From contig CBDDED010000003.1 in the NCBI GenBank assembly GCA_965226825.1, positions 2,985,240-3,049,239 on the forward strand: DNA of 64,000 nucleotides, given 5' to 3'. Shown here one piece after another: positions 46,391-56,010 of the stretch (its first letter is position 1; every line of letters begins with the position of its first letter). Source of the DNA: Dehalococcoidia bacterium. GTDB lineage: Bacteria > Chloroflexota > Dehalococcoidia > Lucifugimonadales > UBA3495. The notes below the pieces were generated by a model. The model searched no databases, had not been told where the DNA came from, and was given only the letters and a program-made list of their open reading frames with translations. The translations under genes and the position numbers were made by a program.

Positions 46391-47578
46391 CTACGCTGCG
46401 TCGTCAAAACTTGCCAGGGCTTGTTGGGCGGCGGCTAGGCTGGCGCCGGAGGCAACCTCGAATTCCATGCCGGCCAGGATGCGTTCCAGGGCGGAGAGCA
46501 GGGCGAACACGTTGGCTTCTCTGGCCGATTCGCCCATCAGGCCGATTCGCCAGGCCTTGCCCCGCAGGTCGCCGAGGCCGCCTCCGATTTCTATGTTGTA
46601 GTCGTTGAGCAGCTTGCCCCGCACCCCGGCGTCTTCGATTTCCTCGGGAATCACCACGGTGGTCAGCGGGTTGAGCCGGTAGGCGGGATCGGCCAACAAC
46701 TCCAGCCCCATGGCTTCCAGTCCCGCTCGGAGCGCCCCGGCCGTCCGGGCGTGGCGGCGGATCCGGTTGTCTATTCCTTCTTCCATCATCATCCGCAGCG
46801 ACTCCCGCAACGCGTAGGTCATGGAGATGGGGGAGGTGTGGTGGTAGGCGCGGGTCTGGTTCCAATATTCCTGCAGGTCCTTGAGGTTGAAATAGAAGCT
46901 CTGGACCTTGGACTCCCGTTTATTGATGATCTCCATGGCGCGGGGGCCGATGCTGATTGGCGATAGACCTGGGGGTGCGCCAAGGCACTTCTGGGTGGCG
47001 CTATAGCACACGTCCAGGTCCCACTGGTCCATCTGGACCTCGTGTCCACCCAGGGAGGTGACGGCGTCAACCACCAGAAGAGCGCCGTGTTGATGCACCA
47101 CCTCGGAAACCTCGGTAAGGGGGGTGATCACGCCGGTTGAGGTCTCCGCGTGGACCACGCCGACGGCCTTGACCCGGGGGTGTTTGTCCAGTTCGTCGGC
47201 CAACGCTTGAACGTCAACCGGTTTTCCCCAGGGCGCATCCAGCGTGATGGTCTCCGCGCCGCAGCGTTCGGCGATGTCCGCCAACCTGTCCCCGAAGTAA
47301 CCGTTGCGGCAGACGATCATGGTGTCGCCACGCTCCAGGACATTGGCGCAGGCCGCCTCCATGCCGCCGGTTCCGGTGGATGATAGGGGAACAGTCATGT
47401 AATTTGTGGTGTGAAAGACCTGCCGGAGCATGTGCCCCACTTCATCCATGATCTGGAAGAACTTGGGGTCAAGGTGTCCGACCACCGGCTGGGTCATTGC
47501 CTGAAGCACCCTCGGATGGACGGTACTCGGCCCTGGTCCCAACAAAAGCCTGCTGGGCAGATCTGCTTCATTCATGTG
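46391..47578 (-). CDS. class-V aminotransferase (serine/alanine--glyoxylate aminotransferase type)
   Basis: MNEADLPSRLLLGPGPSTVHPRVLQAM... Internal ATG at 47578 preferred. ..SATQKCLGAPPGLSPIS.. contains the PLP-lysine context. Confidence 0.85.
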   Translation of the reverse strand, partial: HMNEADLPSRLLLGPGPSTVHPRVLQAMTQPVVGHLDPKFFQIMDEVGHMLRQVFHTTNYMTVPLSSTGTGGMEAACANVLERGDTMIVCRNGYFGDRLADIAERCGAETITLDAPWGKPVDVQALADELDKHPRVKAVGVVHAETSTGVITPLTEVSEVVHQHGALLVVDAVTSLGGHEVQMDQWDLDVCYSATQKCLGAPPGLSPISIGPRAMEIINKRESKVQSFYFNLKDLQEYWNQTRAYHHTSPISMTYALRESLRMMMEEGIDNRIRRHARTAGALRAGLEAMGLELLADPAYRLNPLTTVVIPEEIEDAGVRGKLLNDYNIEIGGGLGDLRGKAWRIGLMGESAREANVFALLSALERILAGMEFEVASGASLAAAQQALASFDDAA

Positions 47579-47759
47579 GGTGTCGGTCAAAAGGGTCCTC
47601 CTGTTAACCACCGATGAACTGAATTGTTCCTGCGGCGGGGCAATATCACGCTGCGCGGAACGATGGGTCCAGATTCCTTGCAACGTCTGAGTTGATGAGA
47701 CCAGGCAAAACACCGGGTATGTTTTGGCGAGTCGAAGGCCTGTTCATCCGGACGGGAGC

Positions 47760-48563
47760 TTAAACTACTGCCGACGTTCCACCGTCGATGTTGACGGCGA
47801 TTCCGGTGAGGTAGCTGGCCCGCTCGGATGCCAGAAATGCTATCACGTCACCAGCTTCCTCTGCTTCTCCCATCCGGCCCAGGGGCACACCACGGCGCGC
47901 TACTGTGTCGCCCCAGAATTGGTCGATGGACAGACTTGGGTCGGACTCTTTCAGCCGCGCGTACCGCGTCTCGTGTTGGCCGCTCTTGATGAGACCGATA
48001 CAGACCGTGCTGACCAGGATGTTGTCCTTGGCCAGGTCTTTGGACAAGCCCTTGGTGATAGCGATGCCAGCCGCCCGGGAAATGGAAGTAGGCATCGAGG
48101 CAGGCCCCGGGGTCCGGCCGCCCAGGTTTGTCACGTTGATGATCCTTCCGCCGCCAACTTTCCGCATTTCCGGCACGGCCATTCGTATGAGTCTGACCGC
48201 TCCCCAAACCTTCAGGTCAAAATCATACTCCCACTCTTCGTCGCTAACCTCTTCGAACTCTTTCGCCAGGGACGTTCCGGCGTTGTTCACCAGAATGTCC
48301 AGGCGGCCGTAGCGGTCGAGCGTCGTCTGCAACACCATGCGGCTGGATTCCGGGTCGGTAACGTCGGCAGACAGGGCCAGTACGTCACCTTCGGTAGCGG
48401 TCTTAATCTCCTGGGCCGCCGCGTCAAGCACCTCTTGGCGACGGGCCACAATTACAACCTTGGAACCTTCACGGGCCAGACTCAACGCCGCGGCCTTGCC
48501 GATTCCCTCACTGCCGCCGGTTATGATGGCAACCTTGTTTTCCAACCCCATGTCCATAAACAA
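47760..48563 (-). CDS. short-chain dehydrogenase/reductase (SDR)
   Basis: ..KVAIITGGSEGIGKA.. (TGxxxGxG) plus the NNAG motif. The start may be a few codons downstream. Confidence 0.88.
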   Translation of the reverse strand: MFMDMGLENKVAIITGGSEGIGKAAALSLAREGSKVVIVARRQEVLDAAAQEIKTATEGDVLALSADVTDPESSRMVLQTTLDRYGRLDILVNNAGTSLAKEFEEVSDEEWEYDFDLKVWGAVRLIRMAVPEMRKVGGGRIINVTNLGGRTPGPASMPTSISRAAGIAITKGLSKDLAKDNILVSTVCIGLIKSGQHETRYARLKESDPSLSIDQFWGDTVARRGVPLGRMGEAEEAGDVIAFLASERASYLTGIAVNIDGGTSAVV

Positions 48564-48683
48564 TTACCCCTGCTTAGATTAGTTGAACAGTAGACTAGTA
48601 TTCCAACGGCGTAAAGTCCAACACGTCGTCTGATTCTTCAGATTCGGCCGCGATCGAGCTTTTGCGATAAGTTCATTGAGTAG

Positions 48684-48727
48684 TTGTCAGGTCCAAATCG
48701 GCCGCGAAAATCGCCCTGCTAGATCAA
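48684..48727. repeat. ~45-50-bp direct repeat flanking the 48825..50048 gene, copy 1
   Basis: TTGTCAGGTCCAAATCGGCCGCGAAAATCGCCCTGCTAGATCAA, compared with 50250-50300. Confidence 0.6.
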
Positions 48728-48824
48728 CCGGCGTTGTAATACCGGCGCGAACCATGAAAAGCTAAAGCCGAGACGGCTGCCATGTCCATCCTCGTGAGTC
48801 GCGTCCCTTTCAAGTGGTGTCTAA

Positions 48825-50048
48825 TCATGGGGCGACTGGAGCCGGCGCGGCGGTGAACTCCTCTCCCACTGCCCAATAGGGACTTGAGCAAGCCGGCGTT
48901 ATCTCATCCAGCCCTCCATGCTCCACGGCCTGCTGGAAGGAGATGGCAAAAGCGCTGAACTGGACCTCATCTCCGACGCGTGCGACAACTCGCCCAGTTG
49001 CGTCGACTATCCCGACTACCCCATCTTCCACGTTCAGCGTAAAAGCGCTTGGCCAGATGATCAGCGCAGGCACCGGCATCTGGGAGCGGTCACTAATGCG
49101 AACAGCGGCATCGACCTCCAGGCATTTTCCGTTCAGCGCCAACGCTCCAACAAAGCGCTCCGCCTCCTGATCTGGCGCCAGCGTCCCATCCTGCCTGGGG
49201 AAGTAGACTTCAACATCCGGCAGGGCTTTGATCTTATTGGCCTGCCACACGGGTCCTGGACAGTCCCCGCCATCATGGTCGAAGAATCCGCCGCCCCCGG
49301 CAATTTCATCCCCAACCTTAACTATAATTCGACCTGCTCCATTGCGGACGTGGACCACGCCGTTGTGAACATGAGGGGTAAACCCAGCAGGCCAAATTAT
49401 CGTGGTGGAACTGTCTTTCAGGCGAAGGCACCGGCCGGCTAAAACCAGCTCTCCAATGCCTGCCGCAGTCATGAGCACCTGGGTACTCGCGATTACAGTC
49501 TTTTGCCTGAGGAACAGGACATCGGGGTCTGACAACCGCAGTTCGGTGGCCTCGTTCCTGGGATCGAAGGCGGTAACCTCGTCGCCCACCAGGAAATAGG
49601 GCTCTGCACAAGCCGCGGACAGCCCCTTTACCAATCCCAGATCCATGGCCTGCTGATATGTGACCGCGGCCCGGCTGAGTCGAACATGGTCTCCGACGTG
49701 CGCAGCGATCCGGCCTAGTCCATCGACTGTCCGCACCGCACCAAATTCCGCTTCGAGTCTGAACGCGCTTGGCCAGATGAGCAACCAGGATGGTCGGGGG
49801 TTGGCAGCATCATTGGAGGGAACTCCAGCACGGGAGGGAACTTCGGCGCGTAGACACCCATCGTTCAGGACCAACTGCCCGGCGAAGTATTCTCCCCCAC
49901 TGTCGGTTCCCAGCGGCGCGTCGTGCAGCGGGAAAACTATTGAAGAGGCCGACCAGGCCTCTGCCAACGGAGTGTCGAGCTTTGGGGAAATCTCTGTAGA
50001 CGATTGATCGAATTCCTGGCTGTCGCTGCATCCGGCGGCCACTACCAC
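48825..50048 (-). CDS. hypothetical lipoprotein with three internal ~120-aa repeats
   Basis: Repeat signature ..L(V/A)L(N/A)G(K/R)CL.....IIWP(S/A)(A/G)F...V.DG.V.(I/V)....GR(I/V)(A/V)..VGDE(V/I).. occurs three times. Lipobox VVVAAGC. The annotated GTG start lacks a signal n-region; an in-frame CTG at 50084 would give MGCLRLVIFSLLVVVAAGC. Confidence 0.65.
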   Translation of the reverse strand: MVVAAGCSDSQEFDQSSTEISPKLDTPLAEAWSASSIVFPLHDAPLGTDSGGEYFAGQLVLNDGCLRAEVPSRAGVPSNDAANPRPSWLLIWPSAFRLEAEFGAVRTVDGLGRIAAHVGDHVRLSRAAVTYQQAMDLGLVKGLSAACAEPYFLVGDEVTAFDPRNEATELRLSDPDVLFLRQKTVIASTQVLMTAAGIGELVLAGRCLRLKDSSTTIIWPAGFTPHVHNGVVHVRNGAGRIIVKVGDEIAGGGGFFDHDGGDCPGPVWQANKIKALPDVEVYFPRQDGTLAPDQEAERFVGALALNGKCLEVDAAVRISDRSQMPVPALIIWPSAFTLNVEDGVVGIVDATGRVVARVGDEVQFSAFAISFQQAVEHGGLDEITPACSSPYWAVGEEFTAAPAPVAP

Positions 50049-50249
50049 CAGCAGGCTGAAAATAACGAGTCGAAGGCAGCCCAGCCAGTGGCGGGTCGCA
50101 AACCAAAGGGGACCTGAAGTGGCTGAAACGCTGTCCGTTGCAAAGTCTCTAATGGGGGCACCCGTTTCGATATCTGGAAGCTACAGTTACCTGGAAGCTA
50201 CTGTTCTGCAACCACAGCACGTCAAGAAACGGAGGTTCATGGCCGTATC

Positions 50250-50300
50250 TTGTCAGGTTCCATTCGGCCGGCTGGCCGCGAAAATCACCCTGCTCGACAA
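50250..50300. repeat. ~45-50-bp direct repeat flanking the 48825..50048 gene, copy 2
   Basis: TTGTCAGGTTCCATTCGGCCGGCTGGCCGCGAAAATCACCCTGCTCGACAA (about 80% identical to copy 1, with a 6-nt indel). Confidence 0.6.
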
Positions 50301-50398
50301 ACTGTCGGTTCAAACCTAGATGCATGACTGAATTGAAGTGATTTCACCAGAAGACCTGCCTGCGGCGAACGCCTCAGCCATTCTGGGATTCGGACAGG

Positions 50399-51607
50399 TC
50401 AAATCTCCATTCCTGAAGCTTCAGCAACAACGTGGATGTCTTTGTCGCCCCGGCCGCTGAGGCAGACCAGGATGCTCTGTTCGGGCGATAATTCCCCTGC
50501 CAGCTGGGCGGCGTGGTAGATTGCGTGCGACGGCTCCAGCGCGGGGATGATCCCCTCAGTGCGCGATAGCAGATGGAATCCCTCGAGGGCCTGCTGGTCG
50601 TTGACGGCCAGGTATTCGGCGCGGCCGGCATCCTTCAGATAGCTATGCTCGGGCCCCACGCCGGGGTAGTCCAACCCGGCGGAGATGCTGTGGGCCTCTC
50701 GCACCTGCCCGTGTTCATCCTGGAGGAGGTACGACATGGACCCGTGGAGAACGCCCGGACGGCCGACGCTCAGGGTTGCCGAATGCTTGTCACCGTCGAG
50801 TCCTTCCCCGCCGGCTTCCACCCCGATCAAACCCACGGCTTCATCGGGGATAAAGGCATGGAAGGTCCCGATGGCGTTGCTGCCACCGCCCACGCAGGCC
50901 ATCACGTAGTCGGGAAGATGGCCTTGGGCCTCCAGGATTTGGCCTCGCGCCTCCTGACCGATGATCGATTGGAAATCCCGCACCAGCATCGGGTAGGGGT
51001 GGGGGCCGACCACGCTTCCGATCAGGTAGTGGGTCGTTTCCACGTTGGTGACCCAGTCCCGGATGGCTTCATTGATGGCATCCTTCAGGGTCTTGGCCCC
51101 CGACTCCACCGGCACGACTTCTGCTTCCAACAATCGCATTCGATACACGTTCAACGACTGCCGCCGCACGTCCTCCGCGCCCATGTAGACGAGGCATTCC
51201 AGCCCCATCATGGCGCAGACGGTGGCCGAGGCCACGCCGTGCTGACCGGCACCGGTTTCGGCGATGATTCTGCCTTTGCCCATATGCTTGGCCAGCAGGG
51301 CCTGGCCCAGGGCATTGTTTATCTTGTGGGCGCCGGTGTGGGCCAGGTCCTCGCGCTTGAGAAAGATCTTGGCCCCGCCGCAATGGCGGGTCAGATTTTC
51401 GGCAAAATACAGGGGTGTGGGCCGGCCGGCGTAGGTCGTCAACAACCGGGTCAATTCGGCCTGGAAATCGGCGCTCGCGCTGGCCTGTACGTAGGCCGAC
51501 TCCAACTCATCCAGGGCTGCCATCAGGGTTTCCGGGACGAATTTGCCCCCGAACATCCCAAAGCGCCCCCGCTGGTCGGGAAGGCTGGGCGAGTTATTGT
51601 CGGACAT
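50399..51607 (-). CDS. trpB: tryptophan synthase beta chain
   Basis: ..[16 protein letters not shown].., ..[16 protein letters not shown].. (PLP lysine), ..GGGSNAIG.. Confidence 0.95.
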   Translation of the reverse strand: MSDNNSPSLPDQRGRFGMFGGKFVPETLMAALDELESAYVQASASADFQAELTRLLTTYAGRPTPLYFAENLTRHCGGAKIFLKREDLAHTGAHKINNALGQALLAKHMGKGRIIAETGAGQHGVASATVCAMMGLECLVYMGAEDVRRQSLNVYRMRLLEAEVVPVESGAKTLKDAINEAIRDWVTNVETTHYLIGSVVGPHPYPMLVRDFQSIIGQEARGQILEAQGHLPDYVMACVGGGSNAIGTFHAFIPDEAVGLIGVEAGGEGLDGDKHSATLSVGRPGVLHGSMSYLLQDEHGQVREAHSISAGLDYPGVGPEHSYLKDAGRAEYLAVNDQQALEGFHLLSRTEGIIPALEPSHAIYHAAQLAGELSPEQSILVCLSGRGDKDIHVVAEASGMEI

Positions 51608-52373
51608 GGTCAGATACCTCTACGCTGCTCCTACGCCGATGCCTGGACTCAGCCGGCGGCCTGAGCGAATCTCCCAACCCTCTGGCGACCTGGATGAAAT
51701 CTCTGATTTTGCCGGCGTCTTTAACTCCCCCGGTCTCCACACCGCTGGAAACGTCGACGCCCCAGGGCTGAACGTCCTCGATAGCCCGCCCGACCGTATC
51801 CGGCAGAAGTCCGCCAGCCAGAAGGAAGGAGTGGCCCCGGCGGGACAGTTCCGCGGCTACGCCCCAGTCAAAGCTCTCCCCGGTGCCACCGGGAATACCC
51901 TCTACCAACCGGTCGAGGGTGACCAAATTTCCGGCCAGTGAGTAGCTCTTGATCCGGTCCACCAGGGTTTGCCAAGCCGATTCGTCGGCGGTTGTATCGG
52001 CAGTTGCATCGCCGGTGAAGTCGGGTCCCTTGATACTGCTGGAGACGTGCACGACCTTAATGACCGGGCGGACGGCTCCGGCACAATACTCGGTGGACTC
52101 GCCGCCGCAGAGTTGCAGGAGGTCCAACCCGCAGGCATTGGCAGTGTGGTTGACTTCTTCCAGGGGTTGGTCGGCGAACAGACCCACTACCTTGGGAGCG
52201 GCAACCCCGTTGGCCTTTATCCCGGACACGATGGCCGCCGCTGTTGGAATGTCGACCCGGCGGGGCCTTCCGGGAACAAACACCAAGCCGATGTAATCAG
52301 CGCCGGCATCCGCGGCAACCACGGCGTCTTCCAAACGGCGGATGCCGCAAATTTTTACTTTAGGAATTGCCAC
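51594..52373 (-). CDS. trpF: phosphoribosylanthranilate isomerase (long form, 259 aa)
   Basis: [32 protein letters not shown].. and ..[15 protein letters not shown]... It carries an extra ~40-aa Thr/Asp-rich insertion and a C-terminal tail. Overlaps trpB by 14 nt. Confidence 0.85.
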   Translation of the reverse strand: MAIPKVKICGIRRLEDAVVAADAGADYIGLVFVPGRPRRVDIPTAAAIVSGIKANGVAAPKVVGLFADQPLEEVNHTANACGLDLLQLCGGESTEYCAGAVRPVIKVVHVSSSIKGPDFTGDATADTTADESAWQTLVDRIKSYSLAGNLVTLDRLVEGIPGGTGESFDWGVAAELSRRGHSFLLAGGLLPDTVGRAIEDVQPWGVDVSSGVETGGVKDAGKIRDFIQVARGLGDSLRPPAESRHRRRSSVEVSDHVRQ

Positions 52374-53178
52374 TGGTTGGGGCCTCTTGTCCGGTTAACT
52401 CCCTTACCTTTTGTCCCACGTCCGGGGCGGTTACGAGGGCTTCTCCAACCAGCACAGCGTTCACCCCGACGGCCGACACCCGGCGAAGGTCGGCCGGGCT
52501 GAAAATGCCGCTTTCGCTGACAATGATCTTCCCGCGGGGAACCTTGGGCGCAACTGCTTCGGAAACCGCCAGGTCGGTGGTGAAGGTCCGGAGGTCGCGG
52601 TTGTTGATGCCGATGATTTCGGCGCCCGAATCCAGGGCGACGGCCAGTTCATCTTCGTCATGCACTTCAACGAGGCATTGCATCCAGAGTTCCTGACTGA
52701 GGCCCAACAACTCTTTTAACAGGTCTGGCTCGAGGATAGCCACGATCAGCAACATGGCGTCGGCGCCTGCGGCGCGGGCCTCATACACCTGGTATGGATC
52801 GAATATAAAGTCCTTCCGCAGCACCGGAGCCCGACCGGAAGACCCCGTGGACTTGATCTGGTCAAGGTGTTCCAGTTCGCCCTCGAACCTGGGGTCTGTC
52901 AGTACGGACAAAGCCGCCGCGCCGTTTTCGACATAGGTTCTGGCCAGGTCCAGCGGGTCAAAATTGGGACGCAGCAGTCCTCTTGACGGCGACGCCTTCT
53001 TTACTTCGGCGATCAACCGCACGCCACCGCCCAACAAAGCGCCCGACAAGTTCAACGGAGGCGGTTGCCGGGTGATTTTTTCCTGGAGGTTGGCGAGGGA
53101 GACCAACTCCTTCTGCCGAGCCAGTTCAGGCGTCTTGGCGGCTACTATGTCGCCCAGTATGTTGGCCGGTCCGGTCAT
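52360..53178 (-). CDS. trpC: indole-3-glycerol phosphate synthase
   Basis: Internal ATG at 53178: MTGPANILGDIVAAK..; ..IAEVKKASPS.., ..LSVLTD..F.G.. and ..IGINNRDL.. motifs. Confidence 0.92.
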   Translation of the reverse strand: MTGPANILGDIVAAKTPELARQKELVSLANLQEKITRQPPPLNLSGALLGGGVRLIAEVKKASPSRGLLRPNFDPLDLARTYVENGAAALSVLTDPRFEGELEHLDQIKSTGSSGRAPVLRKDFIFDPYQVYEARAAGADAMLLIVAILEPDLLKELLGLSQELWMQCLVEVHDEDELAVALDSGAEIIGINNRDLRTFTTDLAVSEAVAPKVPRGKIIVSESGIFSPADLRRVSAVGVNAVLVGEALVTAPDVGQKVRELTGQEAPTSGNS

Positions 53179-53292
53179 TGAACGATTGCCTGCCTCTGCT
53201 TTGATGCTACTACCTTTTGTGACACCCTTGGATGCGAATGGTGATCCCACCGGTCATGCCTCGGCTCTGGTCCGGGAAGCGGATTTGCTCGA

Positions 53293-54306
53293 CTAATCCA
53301 GCGTTTGGCTTAACGCCGCCAACCCTTCCAGTTTTTGCAGCGCTTCGCCACTGTCAATAACCGCTGCCGCTGCTGCTACTCCCTGGGGCAGATTGTCCAC
53401 TTTGTCTCCAGCCAACAACACGCCGGCCGAATTGAGCAAAACAGTGTCTCGAATCGGGCCTTTTTCGCCGTTGAACAGGCGGTGCATCGTGGCCGCGTTG
53501 GCGTCCTGGTCTCCACCGGCGATGTCCCCAATAGAGCAGGTGGGCAGGCCGGCGTCATCCGGTGTCAGCGTCCATCGCCGGACTTCCCCGCCTTGCAATT
53601 CCCAAACCGAGTTCTCTCCAGAAAGAGACAGTTCGTCCAGGCCGCCGTGGCCGTGGACCACCAGGACGTGGTGCGCGCCCAGCGTGTTCATCACCTGGGC
53701 CATCGTTTCGCCGATTTCAGGGATGCCCACTCCTAAAAGCTGGCTTTGGGCGCCCGCCGGGTTGGTCAGAGGTCCCAGGATGTTGAATACTGTCCGAATG
53801 CCGATCTCCCGGCGCACCGGTCCGGCATGACGCATCGCGGGGTGGAACGCCGGGGCAAACATGAACCCAATGCCCAACTCCTTGATGCAACGGGCTACTG
53901 AATCCGGGGCTAGCTCGAGCTTGACCCCCAGGGCTTCCAAGACGTCCGCGGCCCCGCAAGCGCCCGAGGCGGCGCGGTTTCCGTGTTTGGCAACGGTCAA
54001 CCCTGCGGCGGCGGCCACGAAAGCGCAGGCCGTGGAGATGTTGAAGGTGTTCTTGCCGTCACCCCCGGTGCCCACCGAGTCCACCAACGGTCCTTCCACC
54101 TCAACGCGCAGCGCCTTTTGCCGCATCACCGAGGCCATGCCGGCAATTTCCGGGACGGTCTCACCCTTCAATCGCAGGGCGGTCAAAAACGCGCCCAACT
54201 GGCCCGGAGTAGCTTCCCCATCCATGATTTCATTCATGACGGCGGATGCTTCCTGAAAATCCAGCGAGCGACCGGACACCAGGGCGTCTATGGCTTCACG
54301 AATCAT
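53293..54306 (-). CDS. trpD: anthranilate phosphoribosyltransferase
   Basis: ..VDSVGTGGDGKNTFNISTA.. and ..AKHGNRAASGACGAADVLEALG.. Confidence 0.95.
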   Translation of the reverse strand: MIREAIDALVSGRSLDFQEASAVMNEIMDGEATPGQLGAFLTALRLKGETVPEIAGMASVMRQKALRVEVEGPLVDSVGTGGDGKNTFNISTACAFVAAAAGLTVAKHGNRAASGACGAADVLEALGVKLELAPDSVARCIKELGIGFMFAPAFHPAMRHAGPVRREIGIRTVFNILGPLTNPAGAQSQLLGVGIPEIGETMAQVMNTLGAHHVLVVHGHGGLDELSLSGENSVWELQGGEVRRWTLTPDDAGLPTCSIGDIAGGDQDANAATMHRLFNGEKGPIRDTVLLNSAGVLLAGDKVDNLPQGVAAAAAVIDSGEALQKLEGLAALSQTLD

Positions 54307-54418
54307 TTACCAGTCTCGGAAGTTGGAATATTTGCACTCAATTTTGACCGAGACTTAGTATCTCGGAAGGCCCAAGTATATATCACGCTGAAAGACCCGT
54401 CATCGGATAGTGGCGATT

Positions 54419-54968
54419 AGAAAGGGCTCTGGATTCCCGTTGCGATCGGAAAGACGGAGGTTGGGCGCTGGCCGGCCCGCACGACGTGTCTGGGTTGCCA
54501 TAACCGTCTAGGCGCACGGAAAGGGCTCTGGATTCCCGTTGCGATGGGAAGACGGGGGTTGGGCTCTGGCCCGGCCCGCATGATGTGTCTCGGTTGCTAT
54601 AACCGTGTTGGGTCATAGAAAGGGCTCTGGATTCCCCCTTGCGGGGAGAATGATGGGAGTTGGGCGCTGGCCGTCCCACCCTGGCGTGGCTCTGTTGCCG
54701 TGACCGCAGTGGCGCATAGAAAGGGCTCTGGATTCCCACTGCGGTGAGAATGACGGGGGGTTGGGCACTGGCCGTCCCACCCTGGCGTGGCTCTGTTGCC
54801 GTGACCGCAGTGGCGCATAGAAAGGGCTCTGGATTCCCACTGCGGTGAGAATGACGGGGGTTGGGCACTGGCCGTCCCACCCTGGCGTGGCTCTGTTGCC
54901 GTGACCGCAGTGGCGCATAGAAAGGGCTCTGGATTCCCACTGCGGTGAGAATGACGGGGGTTGGGCAT
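54419..54968. repeat. Tandem array of six ~100-bp REP-containing units between trpD and trpG
   Basis: Units start at about 54420, 54519, 54618, 54719, 54818 and 54917. The last three are nearly identical, inter-REP part included. Confidence 0.9.
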
Positions 54969-54985
54969 TGGGAAAGCTGCTCCGG

Positions 54986-55567
54986 TCAGCCGGTCCACGA
55001 CTCGACTCGGTCCAGGAAATTTTGGAGGAGGGGCTTGCCCACCGGGGTCATGATGGACTCCGGATGAAATTGCACTCCCTCCACCGGGTACTCCTTGTGG
55101 CGCAAACCCATAATCAGGCCATTGTCGGTCCAGGCGGTGATTTCCAAACAGTCGGGCAATCCCTCCCGGTACACCACCAACGAGTGGTAGCGAATGCCGT
55201 CGAATGGGTCGGGGAGGCCGGCCAGCACGCCCTGGCCCGTGTGGTGGATGGTGGATGTCTTGCCGTGGCGTATCTCGCCGGCCCGGTCCACCGTGCCGCC
55301 ATAGACCTGGCCCATACACTGGTGCCCCAGGCAAACACCCAGGACCGGCAACCGGGGACCAAAATGGCGAATGACGTCGTTGGAAATTCCGGCCTCCCGC
55401 GGCGTGCAGGGCCCCGGGGAAACGACGATTCCCTGCGGAGCCATCGCCTCGATTTCTTCCAGGGTTATCTTGTCGTTCCGGACCGGAACCACCTCGGCGC
55501 CCAACTCGGCCAGGTATTGGTAGAGGTTGTAGGTAAAGCTATCGTAGTTGTCTATGAGTAACAGCAT
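54986..55567 (-). CDS. trpG: anthranilate synthase component II (glutamine amidotransferase)
   Basis: Internal ATG at 55567: [19 protein letters not shown]..; ..LGVCLGHQ.. (catalytic Cys); ..GVQFHPES.. Confidence 0.93.
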   Translation of the reverse strand: MLLLIDNYDSFTYNLYQYLAELGAEVVPVRNDKITLEEIEAMAPQGIVVSPGPCTPREAGISNDVIRHFGPRLPVLGVCLGHQCMGQVYGGTVDRAGEIRHGKTSTIHHTGQGVLAGLPDPFDGIRYHSLVVYREGLPDCLEITAWTDNGLIMGLRHKEYPVEGVQFHPESIMTPVGKPLLQNFLDRVESWTG

Positions 55568-56007
55568 CACAGAACCTCTATAAACTCCAGCCAGTTGCCG
55601 TCGGGGTCCTGGGAGTAACAAACTTTCCGGTTCACGTTGCCTGCTTCATCGGTAAGCGAGGTTGGTGGGTTGACGTAGGTGAGGCCCCGCTGGGACGTTT
55701 CCTGGTAGAACCGGTCCATATCTTCAACGAAAAATGCCAGGTGGCTGGCTCCCAGGTCGTTGATTTTGATCGCCGACCTACCGCTGGGCGGGGAAATGTA
55801 CTGGATCAACTCCAACTGGTGGCCCTCATCCTTTTTCAGGAACGCGCCTTTGACGTGGGCGTTGGGGAATCCCAGTATCTGGTTGATGGTGTCACCCTCG
55901 CGTTCGATCCGGGTGGCAATCCTCATCCCCAGGACCTCGGAATAGAACGCAACCGATCTATCCAGATCTTCAACGACAAATCCGGTGTGATAAAACGACT
56001 TCAACAT
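55567..56007 (-). CDS. VOC (glyoxalase/bleomycin-resistance/dioxygenase) family protein
   Basis: [28 protein letters not shown]... Its stop overlaps the trpG start (TGATG) and its start is 3 nt after the trpE stop. Confidence 0.85.
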   Translation of the reverse strand: MLKSFYHTGFVVEDLDRSVAFYSEVLGMRIATRIEREGDTINQILGFPNAHVKGAFLKKDEGHQLELIQYISPPSGRSAIKINDLGASHLAFFVEDMDRFYQETSQRGLTYVNPPTSLTDEAGNVNRKVCYSQDPDGNWLEFIEVL

Positions 56008-56010
56008 AAT

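Noticed and set aside
54419-54968. Possible CRISPR array (regularly spaced ~36-bp repeats, ~62-bp intervening segments); the same idea applies to 39066..39206 and 32927..33165
   Set aside because: The intervening segments are homologous to each other (three are nearly identical). The repeat is the genome's dispersed REP motif, and there is no leader or cas genes. This is a tandem repeat, not a repeat-spacer array.
54383-55334. ORFs of 101-245 aa across the trpD-trpG spacer, and similar ones at 32863..33234, 7087..7420, 10344..10674 and 38968..39441
   Set aside because: They are translations of REP or tandem-repeat DNA (recurring ..SFSPQ(R/W)ESRAL.., ..AAGIQSPF..). Their periodicity follows the repeat, not a protein.
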